Positions 19,715-29,337 of a stretch of DNA of 63,567 nucleotides are shown piece after piece. This DNA is from Acidobacteriota bacterium. GTDB taxonomy: Bacteria; Acidobacteriota; Vicinamibacteria; Vicinamibacterales; UBA2999. The DNA lies in assembly GCA_046727855.1 (NCBI GenBank), contig JBKPDL010000027.1:1-63567 (forward strand), given 5' to 3'. Position 1 is the stretch's first letter. Each line of letters opens with the position of its first letter. A model generated the notes under the pieces. The model worked only from the letters and a program-made list of their open reading frames with translations, was not told where the DNA came from and did no database searches. The translations under genes were made by a program, and so were the position numbers.

Positions 19715-19922
19715 TGTGGCCGTGACCGTTATATCCGGAATAGAGTGCGGCCAGCGAGAGGTTCAATTCGCGCACCGCGCGCCCCGATCGCTCGATCGCG
19801 CGCTGGGAATCGCGCGACCGCGCATTTATCACGCGACACGCTCAACAACGCGGCTTCCGAACCGCCAACGCCTCGAGAACGTCCTTCTCCGATTTTTGCA
19901 GGCGCGATGTGCCCGCTGATGA

Positions 19923-20385
19923 TTACCGCACGCCGCAGAGGCGTGATAGGCGATCACGCGCCATCGGCCGTCGCGCTTCGCGTAGGTCTTCGTGAAGCGC
20001 CAATCATCGTCCCGCACACGTCCGTTGAAGTCGCGCGTTCGCTGCAACCGTCCGATCGCCACCGCCGTCTCGCGATGAACTTTCACGTGCAACTCCGACG
20101 TCTCACATCGCGTGATCCTGGCGCGGCCCGAGCGCAAAGACGCCGAGAATATCGGCCTTGCTCATCACCGGCATCTCCGGAACGCTGACGAGCAGGTCGT
20201 CCGCGCAGAGCATCGAGTACGGCGACGTCGCCGCGCAGGTGAGCGTCGTTCCATGCGCGCTCGAGACGCGCAAACTCTCCGGTGTCCTCGGCCCTGGCGG
20301 TCTGAGAATCGGCGGAGAAAATGGCCGAGATCGACAACACCGCGAGCAAACTGACGACGAACAGTCGGATCGACGGCAGTTGCAT
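19923..20385 (-). pseudogene. frameshifted DUF4440/NTF2-like secreted protein
   Basis: LERAWNDAH / ADDLLVSVPEMPVMSK / WRFTKTY..WRVIAYHAS in successive frames; shifts near 20207 and 20138. Confidence 0.75.
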
Positions 20386-20406
20386 TACGGCAGCCGCATG
20401 TCGGAC

Positions 20407-20559
20407 TTAGCCGCCGCGTTTAAAAAACTGCACAGCACGTTCGTGCTTCATGGCGGCTGCACGCGTTGTAAACGTGCCAAGATTACGCCGCTTGCCTGTC
20501 TTGGGATCCTTCTTGCGCGAATAAAGGCGATATCGCCCGTCTTTCAGTTTCCGAATCAT
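20407..20559 (-). CDS. 50-aa basic small protein
   Basis: Hand translation MIRKLKDGRYRLYSRKKDPKTGKRRNLGTFTTRAAAMKHERAVQFFKRGG; below ORF-track cutoff; resembles a recurrent conserved hypothetical. Confidence 0.75.
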   Translation of the reverse strand: MIRKLKDGRYRLYSRKKDPKTGKRRNLGTFTTRAAAMKHERAVQFFKRGG

Positions 20560-20644
20560 GACGAATATCTCAGTTTCGGGCCAGATCGACGGCGATCGGC
20601 TCTAAACTGCGCGCAATCCAGTGCGGGAGATTCTGCCGCACTCA

Positions 20645-20683
20645 TTGCCGCTCACCGCTGCCGCGATGCAGCCGATGTTAGAC
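20645..20683 (-). other. degenerate, internally deleted attC-like site
   Basis: Minus strand GTCTAAC-ATCGG-CTGCA...GGTGAGCGGCAA; shares boxes with 44411 and 48425 sites; R' missing. Confidence 0.45.
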
Positions 20684-20775
20684 CGCTTCACTGCGGGGCG
20701 TTGCAAATATGCCAACGACCCGACTATGGCGCAACCGTCCCCTGCCTCTGTTCTTCGATCTCGCGTCAGCACGAG

Positions 20776-21639
20776 CTAGCGCGTCTTCTGTCTCGCCCAT
20801 TCAGCGAGAAAGGCCTTCTCGGCTGAGGCAACGTAGGTCTTGTAACCCTCCGGGTCGATGAAGGCCGTCATGTCGCCGCCCAGCATCTTCTGGTATTTCG
20901 CTTCCATGTCGAAATAACTGCCATGAGCGCCGAGTGGGATATCGGCCGGCAGCGACTTCAGCACCTGGAAGGTCCGCTCGTAGTCCGTGGCGATTTGCGG
21001 GTACTGCGGATTGTCCACCAACTTGAAACCGGGGTTCACAGCCGTGCCGCCGATGATCACCACGTTATGCGCTTTGCCGCCCACTCTGGCCTGCATCGTG
21101 AACGTGGTGCATCCCTTCGTATGGCCGGGCGTGACACGCGCGGTGAGGACGGCATCGCCAAGGGTGACATGGTCGCCGTCGTGGAGAACTCGATCGACCT
21201 TGGTGGGCGGATAGTGCGTGGAGGGATCGCCGGCATAGTGGAAGTCGGTCTTGCCACCCGATTCGACAACCGACACATCTCCGTCCATCACCATGTACCG
21301 AGCGCCCGTCAGTTTCTTGATCGTGGCGCTGGCCGCGGCGTGATCCCAGTGCGACTGATTTATCACCAGGATTTTGATATCACTGAACTTGAACCCAAGC
21401 TTCTCGATGCTGGCGCGAATAAGCGGAACGTTCGCTTCCAGATCGCTGTTGATCAGAATGTGGCCCTGCGACGTGGTGATCAGATAGTTCGCGAGGCCTC
21501 TGCTTCCGACGTAATAAAGGTTGTCGGCGATGCGAAACGGCGCAAAGGGCTCCGTCCAGCTTGGATCGTTCTGCGCCTGCGCCGTTTGCGCGCACGCGAG
21601 GCCGATGATGGCCAATAGAAGGCACGTTTGCTTCGACAT
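20776..21639 (-). CDS. subclass B3 metallo-beta-lactamase, Gln116 variant
   Basis: Signal peptide; PFRIADNLYYVG, QSHWDH, PGHTKG, LGAH; start ATG 21639. Confidence 0.9.
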   Translation of the reverse strand: MSKQTCLLLAIIGLACAQTAQAQNDPSWTEPFAPFRIADNLYYVGSRGLANYLITTSQGHILINSDLEANVPLIRASIEKLGFKFSDIKILVINQSHWDHAAASATIKKLTGARYMVMDGDVSVVESGGKTDFHYAGDPSTHYPPTKVDRVLHDGDHVTLGDAVLTARVTPGHTKGCTTFTMQARVGGKAHNVVIIGGTAVNPGFKLVDNPQYPQIATDYERTFQVLKSLPADIPLGAHGSYFDMEAKYQKMLGGDMTAFIDPEGYKTYVASAEKAFLAEWARQKTR

Positions 21640-21752
21640 GCGGCGATTGTAACGTCCAACGGTATCTAATCTCGCCGGCCGATGACCCCGGTGGACCCGG
21701 CGCGCGAAAGAGCCGGTGAAGCCTGGCGGAGCGAAGGATGAAGGACAGGAAC

Positions 21753-21808
21753 TACCGGGACGGAGGTCGCTAGCCGGGACGGAGGTCGCTAGCGGGGATG
21801 GAGGTCGC
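21753..21808. repeat. 19-bp tandem repeat x3, copy B
   Basis: TAGC(C/G)GGGA(C/T)GGAGGTCGC units. Confidence 0.9.
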
Positions 21809-21960
21809 TCACTCACGGGGTGCGCAGGTCGCCTACGCGCACGCGCGGCGCGTCGTGACGCGCCATCACATTTCGCTCGCAGCGGTTGGCTCCCACCAAT
21901 TAGAATGCGTCGCTTGAGTTGTTCGACAACCTGGTTTGTGATGGCCAGCAGGGAGGGGCA

Positions 21961-22446
21961 ATGATTCCAAGACTTGCGCGCGGCATGGTGATTCTCGCTC
22001 CGGCGGTGCTCGTGGCCGGGGTCCTGGCGGCGGCACAAACGTCGGATCCGTTCGTCGGCACCTGGAGGCTGAACGTCGCCAAGAGCAAGTACACTCCAGG
22101 TCCAGCGCCGAAAAGCATCACGTCGACCTACGAGGCCGCCGGAAAGGGCTACACGGTATCCGTCAAGAACGAGCCCGCCTCGGGTCCGGTGCAGCAGTAT
22201 TCCTACACGACCGCGCTTGACGGCAAGGATGTGCCGGTAACCGGCAACAATCCGAACGCCGACATGATTGCCGTGAAGCGAATCGACGCGAACACGCTCG
22301 AAATTGTCAACAAGAAGGGCGGCAAGGTCACCACCACACAAAAACAAGTCGTCTCGGCCGATGGCAAAACGCGAACGGTGACGACGACCGGCACCGATGC
22401 GCAGGGCCAAAAGGTCAACAACGTCACGGTGTTCGAGAAGCAATAA
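21961..22446 (+). CDS. secreted lipocalin-like beta-barrel hypothetical protein
   Basis: Signal peptide; DPFVGTWRLNVAKS, VSADGKTRT, VFEKQ; GGAGG RBS. Confidence 0.8.
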   Translation: MIPRLARGMVILAPAVLVAGVLAAAQTSDPFVGTWRLNVAKSKYTPGPAPKSITSTYEAAGKGYTVSVKNEPASGPVQQYSYTTALDGKDVPVTGNNPNADMIAVKRIDANTLEIVNKKGGKVTTTQKQVVSADGKTRTVTTTGTDAQGQKVNNVTVFEKQ

Positions 22447-22827
22447 TCGCGCAGCGGCGGTTGACCTTTGAGTTGTTGATCGCCGAACGGGCGGGGCGGG
22501 CCAGGCGCCGCGATGCGGGCTGCCGTCATCAACGGGTGGCGCTGTTCAGCCTGGAGCGCCACTGCACAACGTGTGGCGTTCGAGTGTCTGGGCGAAAGCC
22601 AAGCCGCTGGCCGCATCGTGGACAACAGGCATGAGCCGCAAGTCCACCGCCGCCAGGAAATTGCCTCATCCCACACCCGACATACGGCGCTGTCGGGTCC
22701 GGAACCAGTGTGATGTCCGTGCTGCCGCGGTAGCCGGAGGTGTTACGTCAGCGGACTTTACCCCTCCTTTTAAATGCACTCCTCTTCCCAACGCTCACTT
22801 GAGTTGATGACGCCACCGCCGCGAGAA

Positions 22828-22926
22828 CGGGACGGAGGTTGCTAGCCGAGACGACTTGCCTCGCCGAAGCTCGCGGCAAATCGCGAGGCGAGCGAAGGCG
22901 GGAGGTCGCTAGCCGAGACGGAGGTC
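22828..22926. repeat. 19-bp tandem repeat x3, copy C, second unit interrupted by a 48-bp palindromic insert (22853-22900)
   Basis: TAGCCGAGAC|insert|GGAGGTCGC. Confidence 0.85.
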
Positions 22927-22936
22927 AATGTCGAAC

Positions 22937-23788
22937 TCACGAAAGGCGAAATGGTGACGGCTGCGTCCCATCAACGTCCGTAAAACCGTACTCGCGCGCG
23001 AGTGTGCCGACCTCGAGCACTTCACCCGACTTCGCCATCACCTGCGGGTCAGCAGCCAACGCCACGACGGCGCGACCGACATACGCCGGCGTTTCCTGGG
23101 GTCCGCCCGGTCCGCTCAGCGCATCCATCGCACCGGCCTTTCGAAACGCCTGGACGACGCGTTCGGTGCGCATGAAGCCAGGCGCCACGGCCACCGCGGC
23201 GATGCCGTACTCACCAAGCTCCTGCGCCATCGCCCACGTGAGACGCGCCACCGTATTCTTCGCCAGGTCATAAAAAAGATTGCGCAGGTACGGCAAGACA
23301 TCCAGCTTCGCCGTCGTCGTCACGATTAACCCGCGGCCGTGCGGCAGCATGAGGGGAACCGCCAGGCGGCTCGCCGCCAGGTGTGCGCGCACGCCGGCGG
23401 TAAACATGCCCTCCCACTGACTCAGCGATTGCTCCCAGAACGGGACGCGCGGGAGCGGGCCATCCATGGACTCGTATCCGCCCCACACGTTGTTGACGAG
23501 GAGATCGACCCGGCCGTGATCGTCGCGGATGCGGCGAAAGAGCGAATCGACGTCTGCGTCGACGGTGTGGTCGCAGCGAACGGCGATGCCGCGGCCGCCG
23601 CGCGCGGTGACTTCGCGCGCGGTCTCATCGATCGTGCCTTCGACATCGCGCGTCACGGCTTCGCTGCCAACGCTCCGCCCTGAGACATAGACTGTCGCGC
23701 CGGCAGCGCCGAGCTCGCGCGCGATGCCGCGCCCGGCGCCGCGGCTGGCGCCAGTAACGAGCGCCACCTTGTCGCGCAAATCGATCAT
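22937..23788 (-). CDS. SDR family oxidoreductase (DHRS1-like)
   Basis: TGASRGAG, LVNNVWGG, YDLAK. Confidence 0.9.
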   Translation of the reverse strand: MIDLRDKVALVTGASRGAGRGIARELGAAGATVYVSGRSVGSEAVTRDVEGTIDETAREVTARGGRGIAVRCDHTVDADVDSLFRRIRDDHGRVDLLVNNVWGGYESMDGPLPRVPFWEQSLSQWEGMFTAGVRAHLAASRLAVPLMLPHGRGLIVTTTAKLDVLPYLRNLFYDLAKNTVARLTWAMAQELGEYGIAAVAVAPGFMRTERVVQAFRKAGAMDALSGPGGPQETPAYVGRAVVALAADPQVMAKSGEVLEVGTLAREYGFTDVDGTQPSPFRLS

Positions 23789-23868
23789 GTTCTGTCTCCA
23801 CACATCGTGAATCGCACGCAAATGGTCAGGCGATCGGGCTTGGAGGCTGGAGGCAACAAACACTCGCG

Positions 23869-24399
23869 TCAGCGCTCAGTCGGCCTTCCGCCCTGGCTTT
23901 CTCCACCGCCAGTTTGGCGATTCGAATCATCGGCGATCACGCTGATACGCCCATCCCCTTCGAGATAAGCCTTCTTCACCGCGCGCACGTCGTCAACGCC
24001 CTGATGGCGCAGCAGGCTCATCAACTCCTCTTCTGTAATCAGTTCCTGCCGCATATTCCGCGTCAACATCCTCCCGTCCTTCACCAGCGGCAGCGGCGCA
24101 GGGCGAAGCCAGCGAAAAGCGCGCGGGAATTTGAAGCCGAGCCAATCGAGGAAATAATTCCATCCGGCGATGGTCGCGACCAGCACCGCTCCTTCGGTAA
24201 TCGACTTGTATTCACCGGCGATTGCGTTCTGTGCTGCGTCCGCGATGAGCACGACGAGAAGCAGATCGGGAATACCGACCGCGCCAGCCTCGCGTCGAAG
24301 GAAGCGCAACAGGAAAAAGAGGAGCAGATAGACGAGCGTGCCGCGCAGAACGACTTCGGCAAGCGGCACGGAAGGGACAAAGAGCGTTTGCCAGTCCAT
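23869..24399 (-). CDS. DUF421 (YetF) membrane protein
   Basis: LIADAAQNA, EELMSLLR.QGV, AYLEGDGRISV. Confidence 0.9.
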   Translation of the reverse strand: MDWQTLFVPSVPLAEVVLRGTLVYLLLFFLLRFLRREAGAVGIPDLLLVVLIADAAQNAIAGEYKSITEGAVLVATIAGWNYFLDWLGFKFPRAFRWLRPAPLPLVKDGRMLTRNMRQELITEEELMSLLRHQGVDDVRAVKKAYLEGDGRISVIADDSNRQTGGGESQGGRPTER

Positions 24400-24791
24400 A
24401 TGTCAGAGCGCATCCAGCTGCGCGGCAGCTTCGAAGTGTGCGCGAAGAAACTGTTCGACCTGGTCGAGAGCATCGACGCGCTCGAGCGACTGCGGGAAGC
24501 AGCTCACCAACGCAGCGCCGAGTGAATATACGATGCCTGCTTGCCGTATCGAACCACAACTAGCCAAGGGCCCTGCCCTTGATATCCGGCAAACTCCGCG
24601 ACCCTTGGCAATACTTGGAAGAACAATCTCTCCAATATCGACGAGCTAATTACGGGGGCGACGGCTGAGGAACAGGCGCAAGGTGAAGCGCTTTTCATAT
24701 TGCAAAGCACGGCCTTGCAGTGAGGTCGATACCCAGCTCAGGACGGACGCGACTCGATCCTCGATTTGCACGCACGCCGCTGCGGTCCGCG

Positions 24792-24807
24792 TGGCACCCA
24801 TCGTGCA
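24792..24807 (+). promoter_or_regulatory. candidate sigma54 -24/-12 promoter
   Basis: TGGCAC-N5-GTGCA (GG-N10-GC) ending 33 nt before the BON gene start. Confidence 0.45.
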
Positions 24808-24840
24808 CAGTGATGGGCTTTGGAGATGTGAGGACCAAAC

Positions 24841-25488
24841 ATGCAGCTCAAGAACACGCTCCCGACGTTCGCAACGGTTGTGTTCGTCTCTTTGGCGAGC
24901 ATTGCCGGCGCCCAGGGCACCGCGCAGAAGCCCGACCCGAAAGCCACTGCCGCTCAAGACAAACCCAAGTCCGGTAATCCCATCACTGACGGATGGATCA
25001 CGATGAAGATCCACTCTCAGTTCATACCGGAGAACGTGCTCGAGGGTAGTGACATCGATGTCGATACGAATGCAGGTGTGGTGACGCTGAGCGGCACGGT
25101 ACCGAACGCTGCAGCTCGCGAACGAGCAGTGGCAATCGCCAAGGCTACCGACGGCGTTAAGAGCGTCAGCGACAGTCTGAAGATTGCGCCTGCCGTCGAG
25201 AAGGCTGCCGGCACGGGCAAACCCGACACCAGTCGTGAAACGGCTGGTACGGCCAAGGCCGCCGGCCGCAGCGTCAATGACGGGTGGATCAAGTCTAAAG
25301 TGTACGCGCAATTCCTCACGGAAGACGCCCTTGAAGATAGCGACATCGACGTCGACGTTCGTGACGGCAACGTGACGCTGAACGGCACGGTCGCAAGCGA
25401 CTCCGGCCGCACGCGTGCGGTGGCGATCGCGAAGGCAACCGACGGCGTGAAGGGCGTCAAGGACGCACTCAAAGTCGTCAAGAAGTAG
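24841..25488 (+). CDS. dual BON-domain protein (OsmY-like)
   Basis: Two repeats DGWI..K..SDIDVD..G.VTL.GTV..A..TDGVK.V. Confidence 0.9.
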   Translation: MQLKNTLPTFATVVFVSLASIAGAQGTAQKPDPKATAAQDKPKSGNPITDGWITMKIHSQFIPENVLEGSDIDVDTNAGVVTLSGTVPNAAARERAVAIAKATDGVKSVSDSLKIAPAVEKAAGTGKPDTSRETAGTAKAAGRSVNDGWIKSKVYAQFLTEDALEDSDIDVDVRDGNVTLNGTVASDSGRTRAVAIAKATDGVKGVKDALKVVKK

Positions 25489-25529
25489 CGACACGACACG
25501 ACAACGGAAGTGCGGATCGAGGAGGCGAA

Positions 25530-25751
25530 ATGAATGCCGACATATTGCAAGGTCAGTGGAAGCAGCTCAAAGGCGAACTGAAGCGGCAGTGGGGCAAGCT
25601 CACTGACGATGAGATCGATCAGCTCGAAGGGAATGCCCAGAAGTTGATTGGTCTGTTGCAAGAGCGCTACGGTTACACTCGTGACGAAGCAAATCGTCGA
25701 CTTGACGAGTGGCTGACGCAGCAGACAGCGAGAGCGTCGTCGAATCCGTAG
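25530..25751 (+). CDS. CsbD family protein
   Basis: GQWKQLKG..WGKLTDD..LQERYG; GGAGG RBS. Confidence 0.92.
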   Translation: MNADILQGQWKQLKGELKRQWGKLTDDEIDQLEGNAQKLIGLLQERYGYTRDEANRRLDEWLTQQTARASSNP

Positions 25752-26044
25752 CGCGTGGCGCGGTTGATAGCGGCAGCTGCGGATCGCGCGCGAGCTGAAC
25801 GGCCGGTAAGCCTTCTAAGGTGAACGCTTATCGGCCCGCAGCTCGCCTCATCCTGTCACCGGGTGCACACGCGCCTCTGCGGCCAGGGCACATTATCCAA
25901 TCACGACAACTGCGCAGAAGGAGAGAGTCCTCTTCATGGCATGTTGTGCGGACCACAGTCTGCACGCCGCGCGCGGTCGTCAGAAAACGACGGCGTTCGA
26001 CGCACCTCGCGACCACCCAGCGGAAAGAATGCAAGCCGAATGAT

Positions 26045-26114
26045 CTAAATTTTGCCAAATCCCTAAATCGCCAAATCAACTCCAATTCTCCAGATCTCGA
26101 GATCTCCAGATTCC
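26045..26114. repeat. octamer array element, right-arm-only copy 2
   Basis: Units ending CTCCAGATTCC. Confidence 0.85.
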
Positions 26115-26125
26115 TGTTTCACGAG

Positions 26126-26632
26126 CTACGCCATTAGTCGCTCGTAATAGACCAGCGGATTGCCTCGATAACCTACTCTTCCGCGTTCGGCGTACCCGCA
26201 CTTGGCATAGAAACCGCCTGCGCCGGCAAGCGAATCGTATGCGTCGAGGCGAATCGCGTCTGCCGGCCACGCCTCCGCGATGCGGTGCGCGTCGGCCAGT
26301 GCGGCGCGACCGAGACCTTGCCGCTGTTTGCCGACGCGGACGGCCATTCCAGTTAGATACAGAGGTCGCGCGACGGGCGTGAAGTACATGACATCGATCG
26401 CCCACGGTTTCTGGGTCTGCAGTCGCAGCGATGTGAGGATGCGTCCTCCATAGCGGCCTACTCGCACGCGACTCCGCCCGGGCACCAGTTCGAGGCCGCG
26501 GCCGAATGTGTCCCTTGACCAGTGCCCTTCGCCGAACCGGGCGGTGAGATCGGCGGCCACGGCGGCGTGCAGCGTGGTCAACTCCTCGAAATCGTCGGTT
26601 TCGGCATCAGAAAAGGTTAGCTCCGCAGGCAC
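26126..26632 (-). CDS. GNAT family N-acetyltransferase
   Basis: MAVRVGKQRQGLG, FYAKCGY; GTG start with GGAGGAG RBS. Confidence 0.85.
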   Translation of the reverse strand: MPAELTFSDAETDDFEELTTLHAAVAADLTARFGEGHWSRDTFGRGLELVPGRSRVRVGRYGGRILTSLRLQTQKPWAIDVMYFTPVARPLYLTGMAVRVGKQRQGLGRAALADAHRIAEAWPADAIRLDAYDSLAGAGGFYAKCGYAERGRVGYRGNPLVYYERLMA

Positions 26633-27082
26633 ACCTACGACTCCTCCGAGGCATTCATCACAAAGCGAGTTCCACACCCTACTTCGATGTGAAATACATC
26701 GCCTGCGCCATGGTGCGACCGAGCATAGCGTCATTTAGATCTGGGAAGCAGCGGCGCAATTCGTTCTTTGCGCGCCGCTCGGCCAGGTGCCCTTCAGCAC
26801 TCGATCGGCCAGCGACCACGCGACGTGCTCGATCTCGCGACACCGCGTTGCCCATGCGCTGAACAGCTCGGTGGACGCGTCGGGGAAGCCCTCCCTCCAT
26901 CGCTCCTCAATCGGAATCGAGTGGCGGGACGAGGGCGGCATTGTAACGCCGCCGCGGGTCGTTGACGCACGCTGGCGCGCGTCGACATTATGCCCTTCCG
27001 CCGAACAAGTACGCCGCCCAGAAGTGCGGAAAAGTCTGCTTCACTCCGTCGAAGACATTGGCGCCGTACGGCGGCTATCATC

Positions 27083-28312
27083 GTGTCAGTGCGAACCGCC
27101 TGTGTCATTTGCAGTCTCGCCATCGTGAGCACCCTGGCGGTCGACGCTCAGGACTGGCGACAGTTCCGCGGCCCGACAGGTCAGGGGATCGCTGAAGGCA
27201 ACGGGCTGCCAACCGAGTGGAGCACGACGAAGAACGTCGCGTGGAAAACCGCGGTGCCGGGACGCGGCTGGTCTTCGCCCGTCGTCGCGCACGGTCGCGT
27301 GTGGCTGACGACCGCGGTCACCGAGCGCCGCGCCACGTCGCTGCGGCTTCTTGCCTTCGAGGTGGAATCAGGTCGTGTCGCGCAGGACGTCGAAGTGTTC
27401 CGCATGCGCGACACGGAGCTCCTCAACGCGAAAAACAGCCACGCCTCACCGACGCCACTTGTGGACGACGAGCGTGTCTACGCGCATTTTGGATCCGACG
27501 GCACGGCGGCGCTGACGCTCGACGGAAAAATCATCTGGAAGGCGCGTTATGGCTGCATTACACAGCATGGCAACGGCGGCTCGCCGATCCTCTACGCCGA
27601 CCTGGTGATCTTCACTTGCGACGGCTCCGACACGGCCTTCGTGGTGGCGCTCGACGCGCGAACGGGGAAAGAACGATGGCAAACGCGGCGGCGCACGCCG
27701 TGGTCACAGGCCTACGTAACGCCGCTGGTGATTCGCGTCGGAGACACCGATCAACTCATCAGCCCGGCGGCACATTACGCCGCGGCCTACGATCCCGCGA
27801 CCGGAAAAGAAATCTGGCGCGTGCGCTACGACGACGGATTTTCAAATGTGCCGCGGCCGGTTTTCGCACACGGCCTGGTGTTCATCGCGACGGGATTCCA
27901 ACAGCCCGAGATGCTCGCGGTTCGTCCCGACGGCAAGGGCGATGTCTCGCGCACGCACATCGCATGGCGGCTCGCGCGCGGCGCGCCCTATACACCCTCG
28001 CCGATCGTGGCCGGCGATCATCTCTACCTGATCAACGACATCGGTATTCTGTCGTGCATTGCGGCAGAAACAGGCGCCATCGTCTGGCAACAGCGTGTCG
28101 TGGGCAGCTTTTCCGCTTCACCCGTCATGGCCGGCGGCGTCGTCTATCTGCAGTCGGAAGAGGGCGTGACGACGGTGGTTCGGCCTGGGCCGTCGTTCCA
28201 ACTGGTCGCGGTCAACCGGCTCGACGCGCCAATCCTCGCGTCGATGGCGGTGGCCGATCGATCACTTTTCATCCGCACCGAGGAACACTTGTACCGCATC
28301 AAGCGGGATTAG
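27083..28312 (+). CDS. PQQ-binding-like beta-propeller protein (BamB-like)
   Basis: DWRQFRGP, GWSSPVV, repeated A.D..TGKE.W; start approximate. Confidence 0.88.
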   Translation: MSVRTACVICSLAIVSTLAVDAQDWRQFRGPTGQGIAEGNGLPTEWSTTKNVAWKTAVPGRGWSSPVVAHGRVWLTTAVTERRATSLRLLAFEVESGRVAQDVEVFRMRDTELLNAKNSHASPTPLVDDERVYAHFGSDGTAALTLDGKIIWKARYGCITQHGNGGSPILYADLVIFTCDGSDTAFVVALDARTGKERWQTRRRTPWSQAYVTPLVIRVGDTDQLISPAAHYAAAYDPATGKEIWRVRYDDGFSNVPRPVFAHGLVFIATGFQQPEMLAVRPDGKGDVSRTHIAWRLARGAPYTPSPIVAGDHLYLINDIGILSCIAAETGAIVWQQRVVGSFSASPVMAGGVVYLQSEEGVTTVVRPGPSFQLVAVNRLDAPILASMAVADRSLFIRTEEHLYRIKRD

Positions 28313-28450
28313 GTTCGCGGGGTCGCAGCTTCACGGTTCGCACGTTCGCGATGGCGCTCGGCTTCGGCATTCGCACCTCGCCGCGTCGCCCGCTCGGCGG
28401 CGCAAAGTCTCATGATGGAAGCCCCAGCGCCCCGCTCACTCCAAATCTCC
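28313..28450. repeat. GC-rich dispersed core repeat with NGTTCGCN octamer lead-in
   Basis: GTTCGCGATGGCGCTCGGCTTCGGCA..CGCACCTCGCCGCG matches 29801, 30141, 32470; remnant CTCCAAATCTCC at 28439-28450. Confidence 0.65.
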
Positions 28451-28499
28451 TGCACCTCCCGCTCGCGGCAACTACAATCCGACACCTTGGAGGCTGTTC

Positions 28500-29270
28500 A
28501 TGAAGCTCGTTGCTCGCGTACTGCTCGCGCTCGTCGTCTTCGTTGCCACTGCGAACGCTGCCGCCGATCCGGCGTATGTCGGCAAGTGGAAGTTCAACCC
28601 GGCGAAAAGCACGCTCGCCGGCGATACCGTCACGATTGAAAACGCCGCTGACGGCATGATGCAGTTCAACAGTCAGGGTTTCGTCTACAAGTTCAAACTT
28701 GACGGCAAGGAATACCCAACGCCGGATGGCGGGACGACCGCGTGGACTGCAACGTCGGCGGATGTGTGGGACGTCACCAATCGTATGAACGGCAAGGTGG
28801 CCGGCACGTTCCATCTTGCGCGAAAGGGCGACATGCTTGCCGTATCCGGCAAAGCGCCGAAACCGGACGGCGGCAGCGCCGAGTTCACGGCATCTTACAA
28901 GCGTGTGTCCGGAGGGCCAGGACTTGTTGGCAAGTGGATCAGTACTGAAGTGAAGCCGCCGATCTCGATGCTCGACATCACCGCTTCTGGAAGCGACGGA
29001 GTGGCAATCAAGGACGACACCGGCGCGATCTTCAGCGGCCAATTCGATGGCAAGGACAATCCTGCGCAAGGAAGGATGGCGGGATCGAAGTACACGGGCG
29101 AGTTCAAGAAAACTGGCGCGAACTCCTTCGAGCTGACGACAAAGCTCGATGGCACACCGATGTACGTTGACGTCTACTCGGTTTCACCCGATGGAAAAAC
29201 GCTCACGATCAGTGGAACTCCGTTGAATGCGAAGCAGGAGACGTACAAGATCGTGCTCGATCGTCAGTGA
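28500..29270 (+). CDS. secreted two-domain beta-barrel hypothetical protein
   Basis: Signal peptide; VGKW occurs twice, DGKEYP/DGKDNP, VSPDGKTLT. Confidence 0.8.
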   Translation: MKLVARVLLALVVFVATANAAADPAYVGKWKFNPAKSTLAGDTVTIENAADGMMQFNSQGFVYKFKLDGKEYPTPDGGTTAWTATSADVWDVTNRMNGKVAGTFHLARKGDMLAVSGKAPKPDGGSAEFTASYKRVSGGPGLVGKWISTEVKPPISMLDITASGSDGVAIKDDTGAIFSGQFDGKDNPAQGRMAGSKYTGEFKKTGANSFELTTKLDGTPMYVDVYSVSPDGKTLTISGTPLNAKQETYKIVLDRQ

Positions 29271-29274
29271 GCAT

Positions 29275-29337
29275 CGCCGACGATTCGCGCAGGCGCGACC
29301 GCCGGTCGCGCCTGTTGCTTGTCGTCACTCGTTAGAC
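29275..29337 (-). other. attC-like site and/or hairpin between converging genes
   Basis: R'' GTCTAAC contains the TAA of 29332-29748; perfect 11-bp stem 29290-29300/29304-29314; R' degenerate. Confidence 0.45.

Noticed and set aside
19923-20385. Programmed frameshifting in the broken genes
   Set aside because: Multiple shifts per gene, no slippery heptamers, and accompanying missense decay.
21640-22443. N-terminal extension making the MBL a 555-aa fusion (similar extensions at 30689-31435, 32593-32823, 39065-39256, 61704-61844)
   Set aside because: Extensions cross repeats or overlap other genes; internal starts with signal peptides or RBSs fit better.
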